From Antedon mediterranea (Eukaryota > Animalia > Echinodermata), in assembly GCF_964355755.1 (NCBI RefSeq), contig NC_092673.1:15596948-15660947 (forward strand): 64,000 nucleotides of DNA. The letters are read 5' to 3'. This document shows positions 11,630-25,052 of this stretch, one piece after another (the first letter of the stretch is position 1; every line of letters starts with the position of its first letter). The notes beneath the pieces were generated by a model, which saw nothing but the letters and a program-made list of their open reading frames with translations, searched no databases and was not told the origin of the DNA. The position numbers and the translations under genes were made by a program.

Positions 11630-14230
11630 GTCAATACTTGCTACTTGCTTGATACTTGCTTGATGTTATGGGTCGGTTAGAAAGCTAAATATAGCTTATA
11701 TGACCCTTCCTGTCTTCTTATGACCAAAATATAGGTGCTTAGGGTGTACACATAATATAATATTCCAAAGTGTTTATAAATGTGAAAAAGTAAACTTTCA
11801 GTCAAGGGACTTCCAATGATCATTGAGGAGTGACTTGAATAGATTTAAATTTGGAGCTTTTACAACATTAGATGGTAAGCTATTCCACGAGTCCACAACT
11901 CTACAACTGAAGGAAAACTTCCTGGAACTAAGCCTAAACTTGTTTTTATATAACTTGTATTCATGACCTCTAGTTCCATGACAATCAACAAATGTAAAAA
12001 AACCTTCTGCATTCTATAACGTCAAGACCATTTATAATTCTGAAGATTTGGATCATATCCGCTCTTAATCGTCTGTACTCCAGTGTAGGTAAACCCAAAA
12101 ACTTAAATCTATACGGATAAGCCAAATGTTTTATTTCTGACAATTTTATTTTTTTATTTCTTTATTCTGATATAAAATCAATAGGATAAAAACACAAAAA
12201 AGTACCGAGACTGCAAACTTATGACTTGGTAGCTCTTCGTTGAACCGACTCGATTTTCTTAATCAGTCCAATTTGATGAGGTGCCCAGACACAACAGTTA
12301 AATTCCAAGATAGGGCGGACTAAAGATTTGTATAGACTAAGAAACATATCCTTATCGTTGTATCGTTGTATCGTTTACAAAATACTTATTCTTCTCATTT
12401 GTTTTACCCATATACAACATCTTGCACTTGTTGGCATTGAAAGGTAGTTGCCATCTGGTCGCGACAAATTAAACATTATTATCAAGTGAGATCTGCAATT
12501 TTTCTTTGGATTCCCCATAATCATAAACTTTAGTATCATCAGCGAACATCTTAACTTCTGATAATGCAACTTCAGGCAAGTCATTGATAAAGAGTAAGAA
12601 TAAAATCGGACCAAGCACACTTCCTTGCGGAACACCACTTATTATTACTTATTTCGACAGAGTCCCATTTAACATTACTCATTGTCTTCTTTCTACCTTT
12701 TAAGAAGTCTTGAATCCAATTATAGACGTCGTTACCGGAGATACCATAAGCTTCAACCTTCCTTAACAGTCTCATATGAGGTACAGAATGAAGGCCTTTT
12801 GGAAGTCCAAATATGCCACATCAATATCACGCCCATCATCTAAAAGCTTAGACCAATGTTCTACTATCTCTAATAGTTGCGTTGTTGTGGATCTAACGGA
12901 CCTAAAGCCATGTTGATCTTCCGATAATAAGTCATTGTTGACAAAATGCTTAATTAAAGAATCTCTGATATGCTTTCCATAACTTTACAACAAACAGCAG
13001 TCAAGCTAACGGGCCGATAATTATTACTTCCACCCTGCTTCCTTTTTTAAAAATAGGTACAATATGAGCTTCTTTCCAATTCCGAGGAACAATACCTTCT
13101 TTCAATGAATTAGAAACAATTTTACTTAGCGGCTCAGAAATATAAGCTCTGCACTCTCTTAAAATCATAGGGTGAATACCATCAGGTCCTAGACTCTTAG
13201 TCATATTTAAATTCTTTAAATATTTTTCAATTATTTGGGGTGATATTTCAACTTCAGAACAAACTGTATCAAAAACTCTTCTTTGAAACTCTGGTACGTT
13301 ATCAATATTTACCCTTACAAAAACTGTAGAGAAAAAAGTATTAAGTATCTCAGTCTTGGACTGATCATCACTGTCTGTCACATTGTTCTCATCTTTCAGG
13401 GATGGTAGTCTCGCTTTAACCTTGGTTTTGGAGTTTACATATCGCCAGAATGATTTGGGTTTCTGTTTTATTTCGGAAGCAATCATTTTTTCAAAGTTCC
13501 AAATGGCCTTCCTTTTCATGGATGTTACTTTATTTCTAGCATCTTTAAATTTAGCTTTATTAGATCTGCTTGGAAAATGGTTATACCTAAACCATGCTTT
13601 TTTTTTAAGCTTTATCATTTTTTCATACCCTTGTTTAACCAAAGAGGCTCTTTGACCTTACTGTTGTCCCCCTTTTTTGCCTTGGGAATGTGTCGTCCAC
13701 TAGTTTCTGCAATAATTTCACTAAACAAATTCCAACACTCTTCTGTTCCACCATTTTCAAATTTCCCCCTCCCAATCAATCTTTTTTAGTTCTTCATTTA
13801 TTTGAACATAATCACCGTAATGATAATTTGGTTTTAACAAGTTATTGTCTTGCGACTCAATGTAACAATCAAATTTAAATGTTAATACTGCGTGATCGCT
13901 TTTTACCGAGTGGTGCACTTAACAAATGTCATCGATCATGTCCTCTTCATTTGTAAAAACCAAGTCTAAACGACTAGGATTCTGTCCATCTCTAAATCTA
14001 GTTGCTTGTGTTACATGTTGAAAATAAAAATGATCCTGAACCCAGTTCGTAAAATATATACATTATTTTCCCATCCTTCTAATTTCTTAAGATTTTTAGC
14101 TCTCGATAGAATTTCTCTTTTAGTTGCTATTTCCTTACACAACACTCTTATCATTCTTGACCTCCTGATATTTTTATTCTGACCAGACACGTCCTTGGGT
14201 GTTATCCTTGCAATATGCATTTCGCTATAT
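11630..14230 (-). mobile_element. Decayed CR1-clade LINE with internal deletions
   Basis: RT-region fragments (KSLGPDGIHP, IVPIFKKG, DFQKAF, MFADD), ORF1 C-terminus at 14011-14220, short tandem 3' tail atacttgc(ttg) at ~11634-11665. Confidence 0.88.
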
Positions 14231-14618
14231 TTCTATATATTTTCGTTATATTATAAACCAAAATAAGTCTGAAATGGTGGAAATCTAAAAATTGAGTCGG
14301 GTAAACCAATCCAGAACCCCCAAAACAACCCTAAAACAATCGCTTTTAACATGAAATGCCTACAGCATATGAAAATCTGGACTAGTCTATTAATTATTGC
14401 CAAAAGAGGATTTATTTGCTTTGCCTATTTTTTTTGCAAACAACTTGATGATAGGTGGCGCCATTGGTTTGTTTTAGAGTAGTAGCAGCATTATATTGAC
14501 AGTGACTATAGAGTAACCAATCACCATAACATTTAGAGTCATCCTCAGCCTAGTCATATAAAAAGTTGCACACACATTAGAAGTTTTCTGGAACAAAATA
14601 AAAAAATAATTCAATTTT

Positions 14619-16360
14619 TTTTTCTCTTTCGTGGGGGTCACCCACATTTATTCATTCCTTTTACAAATATATATTACATAACATACATACATTTTTATAA
14701 AATAAAGAACAATAAAATGCAATATAACAGCTAAAAAGGCACTATATCTATACATGTACATAAAATCGATGGAGTAAAAGTATGCTTTAAAAACGTACAT
14801 TTTATGTTTATTGCAAGTTATAGTAAAAGTACAACTATTTATCATTTAAATTTACTTTATATTAAGAAATGTATTAAAAAGTAGCTGTTTCTTTTATTAT
14901 ATCTTAAATCAGGACTCACAATTTGTTTCTTTATTTCTTTTGACCTTATATTACATCCGTTACAAATATATACACACATACACACATTAATATACCTATT
15001 TACATTTACGAATCAGTTTAATATAGTTATTATAAACACATTATATGCTACTTTTTATGTTTTGGCCTTGTATAACATTTGTTTCATTCCACTATTTCTA
15101 TTCCTTTAAAGTTCTTTTCTTACTATGTTGGCCCTTTACATTTACCAGTTTGTTTACTTATATGCTTGACCGTGTGTTTCAATCTATGTTTTACCCTAAT
15201 ACATTTTGTTCTATCATGTATTAGTTTTAGTATAAGTCTAGGTGTTAGTTTTACACTACAGCTTGTACTAGTTTATATTTTTCTTATTTTATGAATTCTA
15301 ATAATTTAATTTTAACATCATTCCATTTTATAACTGCTTTATACTGATTACATGCGTATTCATTTTCTATAAGATTTTTTAATTCAAACTTAAACATATT
15401 CAAGATACTTTTTGATTCGTTACCCATCATGTTATCTAATAAACTAAGCCTTATGCGGGATTTGTATATACAAAACGTAAAGATAGATGTTAGCTCATTT
15501 ACAAGTTTATCTTTGGAACCAGTAACTATATCAAACCAATGTATTGGCGTTTCATTGGGAAAACATTCAACAATAAGATTATTGAATTTTCTCCAAACTG
15601 GCTTAATCACTTTAAACTTAAGTAACATATGTTCTTCGTTTTCTATCACATTCTTACATCTATCGCAAATATTAGTTTTAGACAATTTCCAAATATGTAA
15701 TCTTTTATTACAAACAAGTATGCGATGTAAAAGTTTAAAATTGAATTGCGCAACTTTTACCATATGTTTCATATCTTTGACTTTATTATTCCATATTTTG
15801 TTCCATACCATAGTCTTATTTAAAAACTCTGCTTCCCATTTTACTTGGGAGATTGGCACTGTCTTTAGTTCAAATATAAACTTATCATAAAAACCTGTTT
15901 TAACATTTGATTTGAATAATTCATTTTTAATATCAACATTAACTTGTTCTTTCTCTAATCTATGTCGTGCCAATACTTCCTTCCATTCAATAGGAATAGC
16001 ATTCATGAGCTTGAAGTATTCTATTATCCCATTATGCTTTACTAATAACGTGGGAATTAAATCTCTAAGACTTACAATTGTGTTATTGACCAAAATGTCA
16101 CCAATTGTTTTATAGCCCGACTTTAACCAATCTTTGAAGTATAAAGACTTTCCGTCTGACAGTATATGTTTATTTTCCCACAAGGTTTGAGATTTAATTT
16201 CCTGTACATTTTGAGGATCTAACATTTCAATATTATTTATTTTCACAATTGCATTAATCATATTTAAATAAAATTCAGGCATAATTTGTAATTGTTTATG
16301 CTCTTCAAAATTAAGCCTACTTATCTCTAATGTACATTCTATAGGGTACATGTAATATTT
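14619..16360 (-). mobile_element. 5'-truncated L1/Tx1-clade LINE 3' end with poly(A) tail and 12-bp TSD
   Basis: ORF 15284-16351 with zf-RVT-like FKLLHRIL...CDRC...EEHML; AATAAA near 14646; T-run 14615-14623; TSD taattcaatttt at 14607-14618 and 16361-16372; empty site at ~34405-34416. Confidence 0.88.
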
Positions 16361-17302
16361 TAATTCAATTTTAATATTAATATCTTACTAGTAGTAGCGT
16401 CATACTGTACACATCGGTCCTGGAAATAATTTCTGGTAACTTGCTTGATTTCCTTACATCTGAAAACAATTCACCTTGCAATAAACACACAGAAAAGAGA
16501 CATTTTTTCTATTTATAAAAGTACATTTATCTTAAATAATCAGAAAATATTTTCTAAATTACAAACACATACAAGCACCAATTAAAATAAATCTAGGTTT
16601 ACTTTTATAGTTATTATTGTTATATGGTTACGTACGTAATCATACCTATGACGATAAATTGATTTTTATCCATCATTGTTTTAGTGTTTATTGTGACAGA
16701 AAAGTTATTAACAGTATATTCTGCTAAGCCAAAAGTTATTCAGATATTTAATATTCTGGCGCATACATTATCATTAAAACAATGGCATGTTGAAGGTCCT
16801 AGTGTCCGCCATACCTTTGTTCCATAATATTCAATTATCATATATTAATATTTAATATCTGATCATGCTGAAAAAACAAAAACAATTACCATGACAATTA
16901 ACTAATATTTGTTAATTGCCTAAATAAATTACAGTAACTGATAATAATATTTCATTTTTCAGAAAAGAGATTGCAAGCCTAATCTACTAAAAACCTTAGA
17001 CACTGACACTAGACACTTACACATGCTATATTGTATGTTACTTCCATTTTCATCTGCTCTAATTTGGTTCAATGGATTGTGTCAGTTATATTTGTTTACA
17101 ACTAGCAAACGTAAATTTCTAGCCCTACTATTATTCGAGTTGAACTATGCGACCGAGAAGGTAAGACGTACACATACGGAGCTCCGCCACAAATATTTTA
17201 TACTTTGCCAACACCAATTACGCCTGGTCATTCTTTTGGATTTCATAAAGTAGTAAGTTATCTTACCTTTAATCACATCATTAACAGTATTTAATCATTA
17301 AA

Positions 17303-18091
17303 ATGAGTACTAGAAAGAGTAAAAAATCGGCCGATCCAACGCCTACAACCGACTCAATTGAAACTGCCGCTACTACAAATGACACGTCAGCACAAATAAA
17401 TGCCCTTCGAAGTGAGCTCCAGAAATTTGCAGCTGATATTAACTCAAAAATTGACAATGGAATTAAATCAATTAAAGATAATCAACAGGTATTGATCAAC
17501 AGAATGGAAGAAATAGAAAATAAACAATCTGTTATGGAAAAATCACTTGAATTTGTTTCGGAAAATACAACTGAAATAAAAACGGAAGTGACTGGACTGG
17601 AGGCTAGCGTCACTTCAATTGAAGCGGAACTGAAAGAAAAGGGTGACAGAATCAGCGTTATGGAAAAGGAATTACTCAAAATGGAAAGATATAGTAGGAG
17701 TTTCAATCTAAGATTTGGAGGCATGCCATCCCAGAAAAGGAAGGAGAAAATCCGATAGATGAAATATCAAATTTAATAGATAATGAACTTGACTTAGCAG
17801 GCGTTACCATTGAAAACGCACACAGAACGGGTAGGCCTAAAACCGGATCGCAAACAACAGTTCCCAGACACATAATAGCGAAATTTCTATACAGACCGCA
17901 AAGGTTCTCTATCCTATCAAAGGCTAAAAAATAAAGAAAAAAAGCTTTTATGTCATGGAAGACCTACCCCTATCTGATGTGAAAAAAAAACATCAACTAA
18001 AGGATGTAATGTCGAAGGCATATCTAGCAGGCAAGCACCCGTCTTTTCGTAACGGCACATTGTATATAGATGGAATGCCTTATCGTGAATA
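17303..18091 (+). pseudogene. LINE ORF1 (coiled coil + RRM-like), frameshifted
   Basis: Heptad-rich region, then ERYSRSFNLRFGG; continues in other frames (IENAHRTG...PRHIIAKF; EDLP...FRNGTLYIDG). Confidence 0.8.
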
Positions 18092-18451
18092 GTCCTAATG
18101 ACGCAATCAGAATGTAACTTGAATAGCTATTCAAGTATTTATTGCACATTGACACGTAGGCCTATTTTATATAATCGTATATTTTACCTCTAGAAGGCCT
18201 AGTAGACGTGTGCATTGCGTTTTTTTATGTACATATACGAGAACCATTATGTTATGTTGGACCATCATGGACCTGATTATTTGGCGGAGCAAAGAAGCAA
18301 AGAAATTGACTATTTATTTATAATACTTACTTTGTAATGAACTTGCATATATGTATTCATATTTTTATTAATTATGTATGTATATTTATTTATTTATGTT
18401 TTATTTATTTTACTTATCTTTTTGCGTCATGTACATTATATATAATATTAA

Positions 18452-21400
18452 TTGTTCAACTGTATAATGATTGATAGTGTAACTTCGAATCTACCTAACT
18501 TTAATCCGTTAACTCACAACCTTGATAATTTTGATGAGCAGTCAGCAGATTTAATCGACCAATTAAACTCGAGATCAACTACTCTTGATAACTGCTCATA
18601 TTATGATTGTGACAAGTTTAATTCAACCTTCACAAATGATTCCAATACTAGCCTTTCCCTTTTTCATCTGAACATTAGAAGTATTAAAACTAAAGTAGAC
18701 CCACTCATACGTCTGTTAGACAATTTAAGCATTGATTTCTCAATAGTAGGTCTCTCAGAGACATGGCTACATGATAACTCGCCAACTCCCTCCTTACATA
18801 ACTATACTTTTTTCTCTAAAAATAGGTCAACTAGAATTGGTGGTGGTGTTGCTTTATTTGTTCATAATGATATAAATGTTAAAATCAGACATGACATCTT
18901 GCTTCCTCTGCCTTATGAATCTCTATTCATTGAGCTTAGTAACCATAACAAAAAATCTACTGTTGTCGGTATAATATACCGTCCACCTGGAAGTTGTATT
19001 GACCATTTTTCTGAATCACTAGACAGTGTTCTAAGTAAAATTGATTCTGAAAATAAGAAGTGTCACATTATGGGGGATATAAATATTGATCTAATTAAAT
19101 ATCATAATCATCCCAGCACTGGAAATTATCTTGATCTACTTCTTTCACATTCTTTTTATCCCACTATATCGAAACCTACCAGAATAACTACAACAACTGC
19201 CTCTCTAATTGATCACTTTTATACCAACCAAACTCATTCTAATATTTCCTCAGGTGTTCTTATTACAGATATTTCTGACCATCTTCCCATTTTTCAACTT
19301 ATTCATGATGACCAATGCCATTATAACAAGCCTACTGATAGACAGTCGCCCCGCATACAGGATGTTAATGCCTTTTGTAATGACATCATAAACGAAGATT
19401 GGTCTGAAGTTTATAACGCCACACCTAATCTCGCTTTTGACACATTTTTATTAAAATTCTATAATATACATGATAAACATACCACCTATAAATCTGTACC
19501 CAAAACTAAAATGTCTAAACAACCATGGATGTCGCCTGGTCTTAGAAAATGTAGTCAAAAAAAGCAAAAATTATACAAAAAATTTATTTTATCACAAGAT
19601 CCTAATCGCAAACTAACATACACAAAATATAACAATATGTTTAATAAGCTTTGCCGCACTGCAAAAAAGAATTATTTTTCTTTACAATTTGACACGGTCA
19701 AAGGCAATCTTAAAAAAACCTGGTCCATTACTAATTCTGTTTTATCCCCTAATAAGTCAAGTCGAAACTATCCCAAACAACTTACAATAAATGACAATAC
19801 CATTACATCTGAAATAGATATTTGTAATCAATTTAATAAATATTTTTCTCAAATTGGCACTTCACTTAAAAATGCAATGCCGGATTCCTTAATTAATCCA
19901 AAATCATATCTTCCTGATCCCCTTCTCCATTCTTTCTTTATAAATCCTGTAACTGAACATGAAGTGATGATAATTATAAATGATCTTGATCCAAAGAAAG
20001 GAGGTGGCGATGATAGAGTTACACCATACGTTATTAAATTGATTTCTCCATTCATTATTAATCACCTTACGTTCTGTATTAATTCATCTTTTTCTTCAGG
20101 TAGTTTTCCCAATTATTTAAAGTTAGCAAAAGTTATTCCAATTTTCAAGAAAGGTAGACAAGATATACTTTCAAATTACAGACCCATTTCACTACTTAGT
20201 ACCTTTTCCAAAATCATTGAAAAATTAATGTACTCCCGTCTCTATGAGTTCCTGGATTGCAATAACGTACTCTTTGCTCATCAATATGGTTTTCGTAAAT
20301 CTCATTCCACTTCACATGCAATCCTTGATCTCATAAATAATGTAACAAACTCCTTTGAAAAAAGACAATTTTTGTTATCTGTCTTTGTCGACTTATCCAA
20401 GGCCTTCGATATTATAGATCACCGTATACTTATTAATAAACTTAACAATTATGGAATCAGGGGTATTACCTTAAACTGGTTTCGTAGTTACTTAAGTATG
20501 AGGAAGCAATATGTCTCGTTTGGTAATTGTATGTCACCAGAGGAGGAGATGACATGTGGGGTGCCACAAGGGTCGGTTCTTGGCCCTCTCCTTTTTTTAA
20601 TTTACGTAAATGACTTATCCAGAGTCAGTGACACCCTCCATGTCATCTCCTTTGCTGATGACACTACTCTATTTTTTTCTCATTCAGATTTAAAAGTTTT
20701 ATTTTCTATAGTTAATAATGAATTGTCAAAATATAATGACTGGTTCATCTCAAATAAACTCCTTATAAACTCCATGAAAACCAATTACATTCTTTTTCAT
20801 ACACAACGTCAATCGTTAGACCTTACTGATTACAATATATTTATTAATGGAGATAACATTAAACAAACGTCAGAGACTATGTTCCTTGGTGTTTTAATCC
20901 AGGAAAACTTGAGATGGACCAGTCATCAGAATCATATTGCAAATAAAATTTCTAAAACAATTGGGATTATAAATAATCTTAAGCACACTTTTCCCCGGCG
21001 TATCCTTCTTTCATTATATAATTCTTTAATTTTACCTCATCTTTATTATTGTAACATTATTTGGGCTGCTGACTATTCATCACATCTCGATAAACTTTAA
21101 TAAGCTGATTAAGCGTGCTATTAGAAATATTACTTGTACGTCTCGCATTACTCCATCTGAACCTTTATTTTATGAACTTAAGTTACTGAAGTTAGGTGAT
21201 ATACATAAATTGCAAAGTGCCTCTTTTGTCTTTCAATATTTTTCTAACAATCTTCCTTCTCCCATGATGAATTTATTTAACACTGCTGATTTCAACCATG
21301 GTCATAATTTAAGAAGTACTGTTCATAAGTTTCAGTTAACTATTCCTTTTGTAAGATTAACTAGTTCTTCTCACTTTATTTATGTTTCTGGCCCTTTAAT

Positions 21401-21497
21401 TTGGAATCAATTAGATACTAGTATTGTTAACTCTTCCTCTCTCCCAACTTTTCGTAAAAAACTTAAAAGTAATTTGTTATCATTGTACTCAAACTAG
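18452..21497 (+). pseudogene. LINE ORF2: APE endonuclease + reverse transcriptase, 1-bp frameshift near 21097
   Basis: HLNIRS, LSETW, YRPP, MGDIN, IDH, SDHLP; YRPISLL, QYGFR, DLSKAFD, GVPQGSVLGP, FADD; C-terminus continues in ORF 21210-21497. Confidence 0.93.
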
Positions 21498-21854
21498 ACC
21501 TTCAAACTGTTTTTGTCATGACTTTTTTTTATTTTATTTAATAATTATATACAAATGTGCTTTTTTTCTTTTGTTTATGGGTCTTGCGTGACAAGTATTC
21601 TCTTCTTGCAAGATCCTCTATTAATGGTTTTTTTTGTATTTTCTCATTATAAATTATCATTCTTTTTTATTGTATTGTTATACCATTGATAGAAACTAAT
21701 AAATGTTGAATTATTATTATTCTTATACTTAAAAAACGAACATTTATTTTTATAAAGGATAGGTGGAACTTAAACAAAATACAATACAACATTTGTAAAT
21801 GATTTGTACAAAATAAAACAATTTTAAAAAATTAAACACACAGCATGACTATTG

Positions 21855-22019
21855 TCACCTTTTTGGGGTCGATACACACCATGGGGTGAGGTTCTCATCA
21901 CATATTAATTTTACATGATATATTGTACATGAAGCGCCCTCTATTTTCAGCTTATGCGTACGAATAAGTTCATATTGTAAGGTATCCAAACCAGTTAAAC
22001 GGTCTCGCTTAAATGAGTC
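21855..22019 (-). CDS. B4GALT7: Duplicate of the B4GALT7 last coding exon (orphan or alternative terminal exon)
   Basis: Same translation as 40824-40988 ([11 protein letters not shown]...TPWC); intact ttacag acceptor. Confidence 0.75.
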   Translation of the reverse strand, partial: DSFKRDRLTGLDTLQYELIRTHKLKIEGASCTIYHVKLICDENLTPWCVSTPKR

Positions 22020-22134
22020 CTGTAAGAAAACAAAAAACAAGCAAATTTTAATATATTTCTTAATATCTGCAGCTGGAAAGTTTGGCCAAGGTGGAGAATA
22101 TTATTACGCTCTGCTTAGAGTAGTTTTATAAAAA

Positions 22135-22345
22135 AAAAAATGTGATTTGTCCATATATGGTAGATGACATAATCGTGTCCATATATGGACACATCCCATT
22201 TTTTGTCACAACGTTTGATAGCTTAAAGCTCTGTCTACACTTTACGCGACAACTAACTGTGATGTGCCCATATGGATATGATGATGTCATATCACTACCA
22301 TATTTGGGCACATTACACTTTTTTTATCAAAATAGTATAGACGGA
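22135..22345. mobile_element. Small palindromic MITE fragments (aaagctctgtctacact family); also at ~41105-41310
   Basis: gtgatgtgcccatatgg repeats and TIR-like aaagctctgtctacact / tagtatagacgg. Confidence 0.5.
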
Positions 22346-22422
22346 TGTGAATGTGACATGCATTGCGTTAAATTAAGGATTTAGACAGAATAAATTAAAA
22401 AAACAATATTTATTTTTCAAAC

Positions 22423-22527
22423 CTTTCTTTGTTCATGTGACCTTTCCATATCTCGAGGCCTTCGTACTTTATCATGCATATGATAGAAAGACTCGCGTCC
22501 CGTTGTTATTCCTTCCGGTCTAGAAAT
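22423..22527 (-). CDS. B4GALT7: Duplicate of the B4GALT7 penultimate coding exon
   Basis: [26 protein letters not shown]...; intact AG/GT; three synonymous differences from 41388-41492. Confidence 0.75.
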
Positions 22528-25052
22528 CTTTAAAAAAAAAAACATTTTTTTGTAATCAAACTAACAATTACAGATGACTTAATGCAAGTTCATATTAACT
22601 GACATGACACATCAATTTAATGCGTCATTAAATCTACTTGAGAAAGAAAATTATAGCAGGATGACAGTGGCGAATTCAGGATTGTGAAATAGGGGAACCT
22701 AAAAATGGTGAAGAGCTGGGCTTAAATCAATGTTCTATTACATTACTTTTTGTGAAATTAATATTTATATTATTAAATCTATCCATCTATTAAATAGTAC
22801 ATGTCTATGTTTTATACCAAGCAATGCGTGAACTACCAATAATTAATTAATTGTCTCAACAATATTGTTATTAAATGTTATATCGGACAACAAAAAGGAG
22901 GTGAAAAGAAAAGGTAGAAAGAAAAGATAACTCAACCCATACTTCAATAATATTATAACTATATACATAGATATTGTTTCAAGAAATAAACAGAAATTAA
23001 TATCCTGCATTGTAAAACAAGGACTTGTCATCCCAACAACTGTTTAGGTTATTGGTTTCTGTTTGTTAACGAATTTTTAATTACAATTTGTTTTATGTAC
23101 CGAAAAATATGGCCGATTCCACTGAACGGCGCAAAATTGTGTTCAATGTAACTATCGGTATATTCATTTGACTGATTTTCATGGCTGTTTCGGCATTTTT
23201 ATGCCTAATTAATTGGCTACAATTTTATGTAATTTTGAATTCCTAATTTTATGAATCTTCGTCGGCATTGAATTTTATAGCAAAAATGATCCAAAAATGT
23301 TAAAGTATAGACAAGTAGTCGTGGATTTTCAGTGACCAGCTACCAAAAATTGTGTATAGGTCGTGTTTTCGCAGATATGTATTTCTCATTCGATTTATGT
23401 CCATTTTTTTTTCTATCTATAGCTAAATGTGACTTGTTGCATACACATCACTATTTCTGAAGACCATAATAACAAACAAAGCTCTCATAAAAACAAAACA
23501 AAATATCAAATAAAATACACCACGAAAAATATGTAGTTTGGTAATGTATACTTTAGGGTCTGCGTTCATCATCTAATTTCGACTACCACAACCATGTTCA
23601 CATTTTTGTTGTTGATTTCAAGTCCGTAAGCAGCAGTCCTTTTTATTATTCCAATACTTTACATCTTAATTCTATAAATTATTAATTCATATTTTATCAT
23701 TGAAATGTTTTAAACTGCGACTGACGGACAGAGTCCCTCTCATGCAAGTTGTCACTTTATAATGTACACTTTATAATGCAGACCCTAGAATATTCACATA
23801 GCACATTTTTTTTTAGCGTCTTTTATGTTCGTAAAGTCCCATATCCAGTATTGCTTTTATTTTTGGTCTTGCAGATTATTTTTTAAAGTGAAGGAATACT
23901 TTTTGTATAACAAAATCAATGATATACTGTTTAAAGGTTTGCATGGCGAAATCAAATTTTCATATAAAGTTTCTGAAAAGAACCGTTGAGTTTCTCAACG
24001 TTTCTATCAATATGCTTTGATCGAGAATTCTCACTCCTCAAATCATAACAAAATCAATGATTTTATTCTTGACAATTTTGTTTTTTTAATAATTTGTACT
24101 TTTATCAAGAGTGTGCTTTTATTATACTTACTCATCCCATGCGAATTAGTATATAACCCCATATTAAGGCGGAGCTCGGGTTACTGCTAGTACGTTCTTT
24201 TATTTAGTTTAGGTGTGCAAATAAAAGCGAATGTAGACAATCATTTTTTGAATCAGTGCTTGGAAAATGTACTTAGACACTTAGACTAGGCAGAAGGGGC
24301 TTCATTTTATACGTCCTTCTACTTTATACTCCTTTGTTTTTTTTTTCATCGTAGGAAAAATATATATGTTTTTGCCACTCGAGCTCCCCTAGCCACCTGT
24401 GCTGACCATTGTTGGGCCTGAGGCAAGAACATTTTTGGAATATGAACATTTTAGATCAAAGTTCTGGCTTTTAATTATATGGTTAAAACTACTAATTTTC
24501 ATTTGGCAAAAACTTGCTGTGTTTCAAATTAAGTTTCTATTTAATTAATTTATTCTTTTCCTCTTCTAGCCAAGCGGAGCCTGCTGGTGTGATCTCTCAA
24601 ATCTCTGTGTAGCATTCAGAGGTATATCCGATGTTAAGATATATCACACACTATTGAGGGACACAATAGAAAAAAACAGCTTGCGTTATTAACACCATCA
24701 CTGTCTCTGTATCAGGTTGCACAATAATTCGCGAGGATCCGTCACAGAAAGCAACCCTTTCAGTTTTTACAACAAAACGATTTACTGTAGGCCTACACCA
24801 ATATTGTCTAAACGAACAACAAACACATTTTAGATATCATTTTGTTAGTAAAGTTTCACCAAAATATTTATTTGCCATAAAAATATATATACCATATTGT
24901 TTTAATACATTTCTTTGTATAAAAATCTATAAATAATTATTTAATCCAAATATTGCACATTTTGAAAGTTGCAAATATGACAGAGATTCAGTATAAAATA
25001 TAATATTGAATTTGAAAATAATGAATGTGTTATACTGGTAACAGTTTTTTTT

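Larger units (their letters stand above)
17136..21721 (+). mobile_element. Apparently full-length L2/Crack-clade LINE (ORF1 + ORF2), lightly disrupted
   Basis: Empty site ctagccctattattattcttatac at ~40674-40697; insertion in a TAT repeat with a (TTA)n tail; two ORFs and a 3' UTR. Confidence 0.92.
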
